Shown: in pieces, positions 22,806 through 24,000 of the stretch
How the letters are laid out: every line of letters starts with the position of its first letter
How positions within the stretch are numbered: the first letter of the stretch is position 1
Source: Candidatus Altimarinota bacterium
GTDB taxonomy: Bacteria; Patescibacteriota; Gracilibacteria; JAUYGZ01
Assembly: GCA_029233985.1 (NCBI GenBank)
Contig: JARGOK010000001.1
Coordinates: 409,096 to 433,095, forward strand
DNA length: 24,000 nt
Direction: 5' to 3'
Notes under the pieces: generated by a model
What the model was told of the DNA's origin: nothing
The model's input: the letters and a program-made list of their open reading frames with translations, nothing else
The model's database searches: none
Program-made: the position numbers and the translations under genes

Positions 22806-24000
22806 TTAAAACGGTGTTGACTGACCCGAAGCAACGTTAGGGATTTGCACAGGTGAATTTGTAGGAGACTGGTATTCCATAGCCAACCCTTGATGAGTTC
22901 GATCGATATCATAAAACCGAGTATGCTCTGGCTTAAAGACGAGTTCCACTGTTCCAACTGGTCCATTACGATGTTTTCTGATAAGAATATCTGCCAAACC
23001 CTTTCGGTCTGAATCAGGGTCATAATAATCATCACGATAGAGCATCAGCACGGCATCGGCATCCTGCTCAATCGCTCCAGATTCACGAAGATCAGAGAGA
23101 ACTGGTCTTTTGTCAGGTCGGGATTCTACTGCACGGGAGAGTTGCGAGAGCGCAATAACAGGAACATGTAGCTCACGTGCAATCTGCTTGAGGTTCCGAG
23201 AGATTTCAGATATTTCCTGAACTCTATTTTGAGTATTTCCTCCGAGCGACATAAGCTGAAGATAATCGATAATAATCATATCGAGTCCTCGTTCCATCTT
23301 GAGACGACGAACTTTTGAACGAAGCTCGGTGATGGAATTCCCCAAACTGTCATCAATAAAAATATTGGCCTTACTCATCTGGTCCATCACTGTTCCGATC
23401 CGTGCAAAATCAGCATCATCGAGTTTTCCCTTTTTGAGCTTCCAAGAATCGACCATCAAAAGTGATGAAAACATTCTATCCACCAACTGTTCTTTTGACA
23501 TCTCCAGGGAAAAGATAGCGATTGTTTTTCCAAATTTGAGCGACGCATTTTGAGCCATAGAGAGACAAAAAGCTGTCTTTCCCATAGCTGGTCTTCCGGC
23601 TATCACAATCATTTCAGAAGGCTTAAAACCATTCATAATTTTGTCGAGATCGCGAAACCCAGTCATAACTCCCTCGAAAATATGTTCATCACCCTTTTCG
23701 TGAACCTCGGCAAACTCTTCATATCGACTACTCAAAATATCTTTAATATGCACCAAGCTCTGCTTGATCATCTGTTGAGTTACAGCAAAGAGTGCTTGCT
23801 CTGACTTGTCCAAGAGACCATCGAGTTCTTCATCTTCTTCATATCCGTACCCCTTAATCTCATCTCCAGCGGAAATCAGCCTACGAAGTGTTGATTTTGT
23901 TTTTACAATTGTCCCATACTGATAAATATGAGATGCAGTCGGAACTTCCTCTGCCAATGACGCCAAGAAAGTCATTCCTCCTAGTTTTTCGAGAACCTTT
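22806..24000 (-). CDS. dnaB: Replicative DNA helicase DnaB (partial; N-terminus beyond the window end)
   Basis: Walker A GRPAMGKTAF, Walker B IIIDYLQLM and the RecA-like C-terminal domain are present. The frame stays open upstream of the listed Met to the window edge (...KVLEKLGGMTFLASLAEEVPTASHIYQYGTIV matches the DnaB linker region). Confidence 0.93.
   Translation of the reverse strand, partial: KVLEKLGGMTFLASLAEEVPTASHIYQYGTIVKTKSTLRRLISAGDEIKGYGYEEDEELDGLLDKSEQALFAVTQQMIKQSLVHIKDILSSRYEEFAEVHEKGDEHIFEGVMTGFRDLDKIMNGFKPSEMIVIAGRPAMGKTAFCLSMAQNASLKFGKTIAIFSLEMSKEQLVDRMFSSLLMVDSWKLKKGKLDDADFARIGTVMDQMSKANIFIDDSLGNSITELRSKVRRLKMERGLDMIIIDYLQLMSLGGNTQNRVQEISEISRNLKQIARELHVPVIALSQLSRAVESRPDKRPVLSDLRESGAIEQDADAVLMLYRDDYYDPDSDRKGLADILIRKHRNGPVGTVELVFKPEHTRFYDIDRTHQGLAMEYQSPTNSPVQIPNVASGQSTPF

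Noticed and set aside
1-24000. Alternative genetic code (UGA as Gly or Trp, as in Gracilibacteria, SR1 or Mycoplasma)
   Set aside because: All 17 genes are full-length under the standard code with no in-frame TGA. lgt ends naturally on TGA, and reading through it would run hundreds of nt antisense into dnaB. recQ also ends on TGA.
1-24000. CRISPR arrays, transposases or IS ends, integrases, toxin-antitoxin or defence-system genes
   Set aside because: No regularly spaced direct repeats and no such ORFs are present. The only repeated sequences are the dispersed A and B elements.

Overview
This is a 24-kb chromosomal segment from a low-GC, tightly packed bacterial genome. It uses the standard genetic code: no gene needs UGA read-through, and lgt and recQ stop on TGA. 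No gene start is preceded by a Shine-Dalgarno motif, while sigma70-like TTGnnn-17-TAnnnT promoters are easy to spot. The style fits a streamlined uncultivated lineage such as CPR/Patescibacteria, but that is inference only. The coding content is almost entirely housekeeping: an MFS transporter; a minus-strand run recQ-pyrE-pyrC-pyrD-pyrK-pyrF; tRNA-Arg(CCU); def; ybeY; ftsA-ftsZ; a DnaQ-exonuclease/DinG-like fusion with a degenerate helicase half; a very long class B PBP; a PrsW-family protease; miaB; lgt; and dnaB (partial). The unusual signal is non-coding. (1) A promoter-to-terminator unit of about 0.5 kb at about 8932-9440 looks like a large structured RNA that I cannot assign to any family. 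(2) A conserved twin-hairpin element of about 62 nt (family A) occurs once in each of the three divergent intergenic regions. Its stem mismatches are G-U-compatible only on the minus strand. (3) A second conserved hairpin element (family B) lies in the pyrD-pyrK spacer and next to an A copy upstream of the exonuclease gene. (4) A decayed ORF relic lies 3' of the tRNA. No CRISPR array, transposase, defence or toxin genes are visible.
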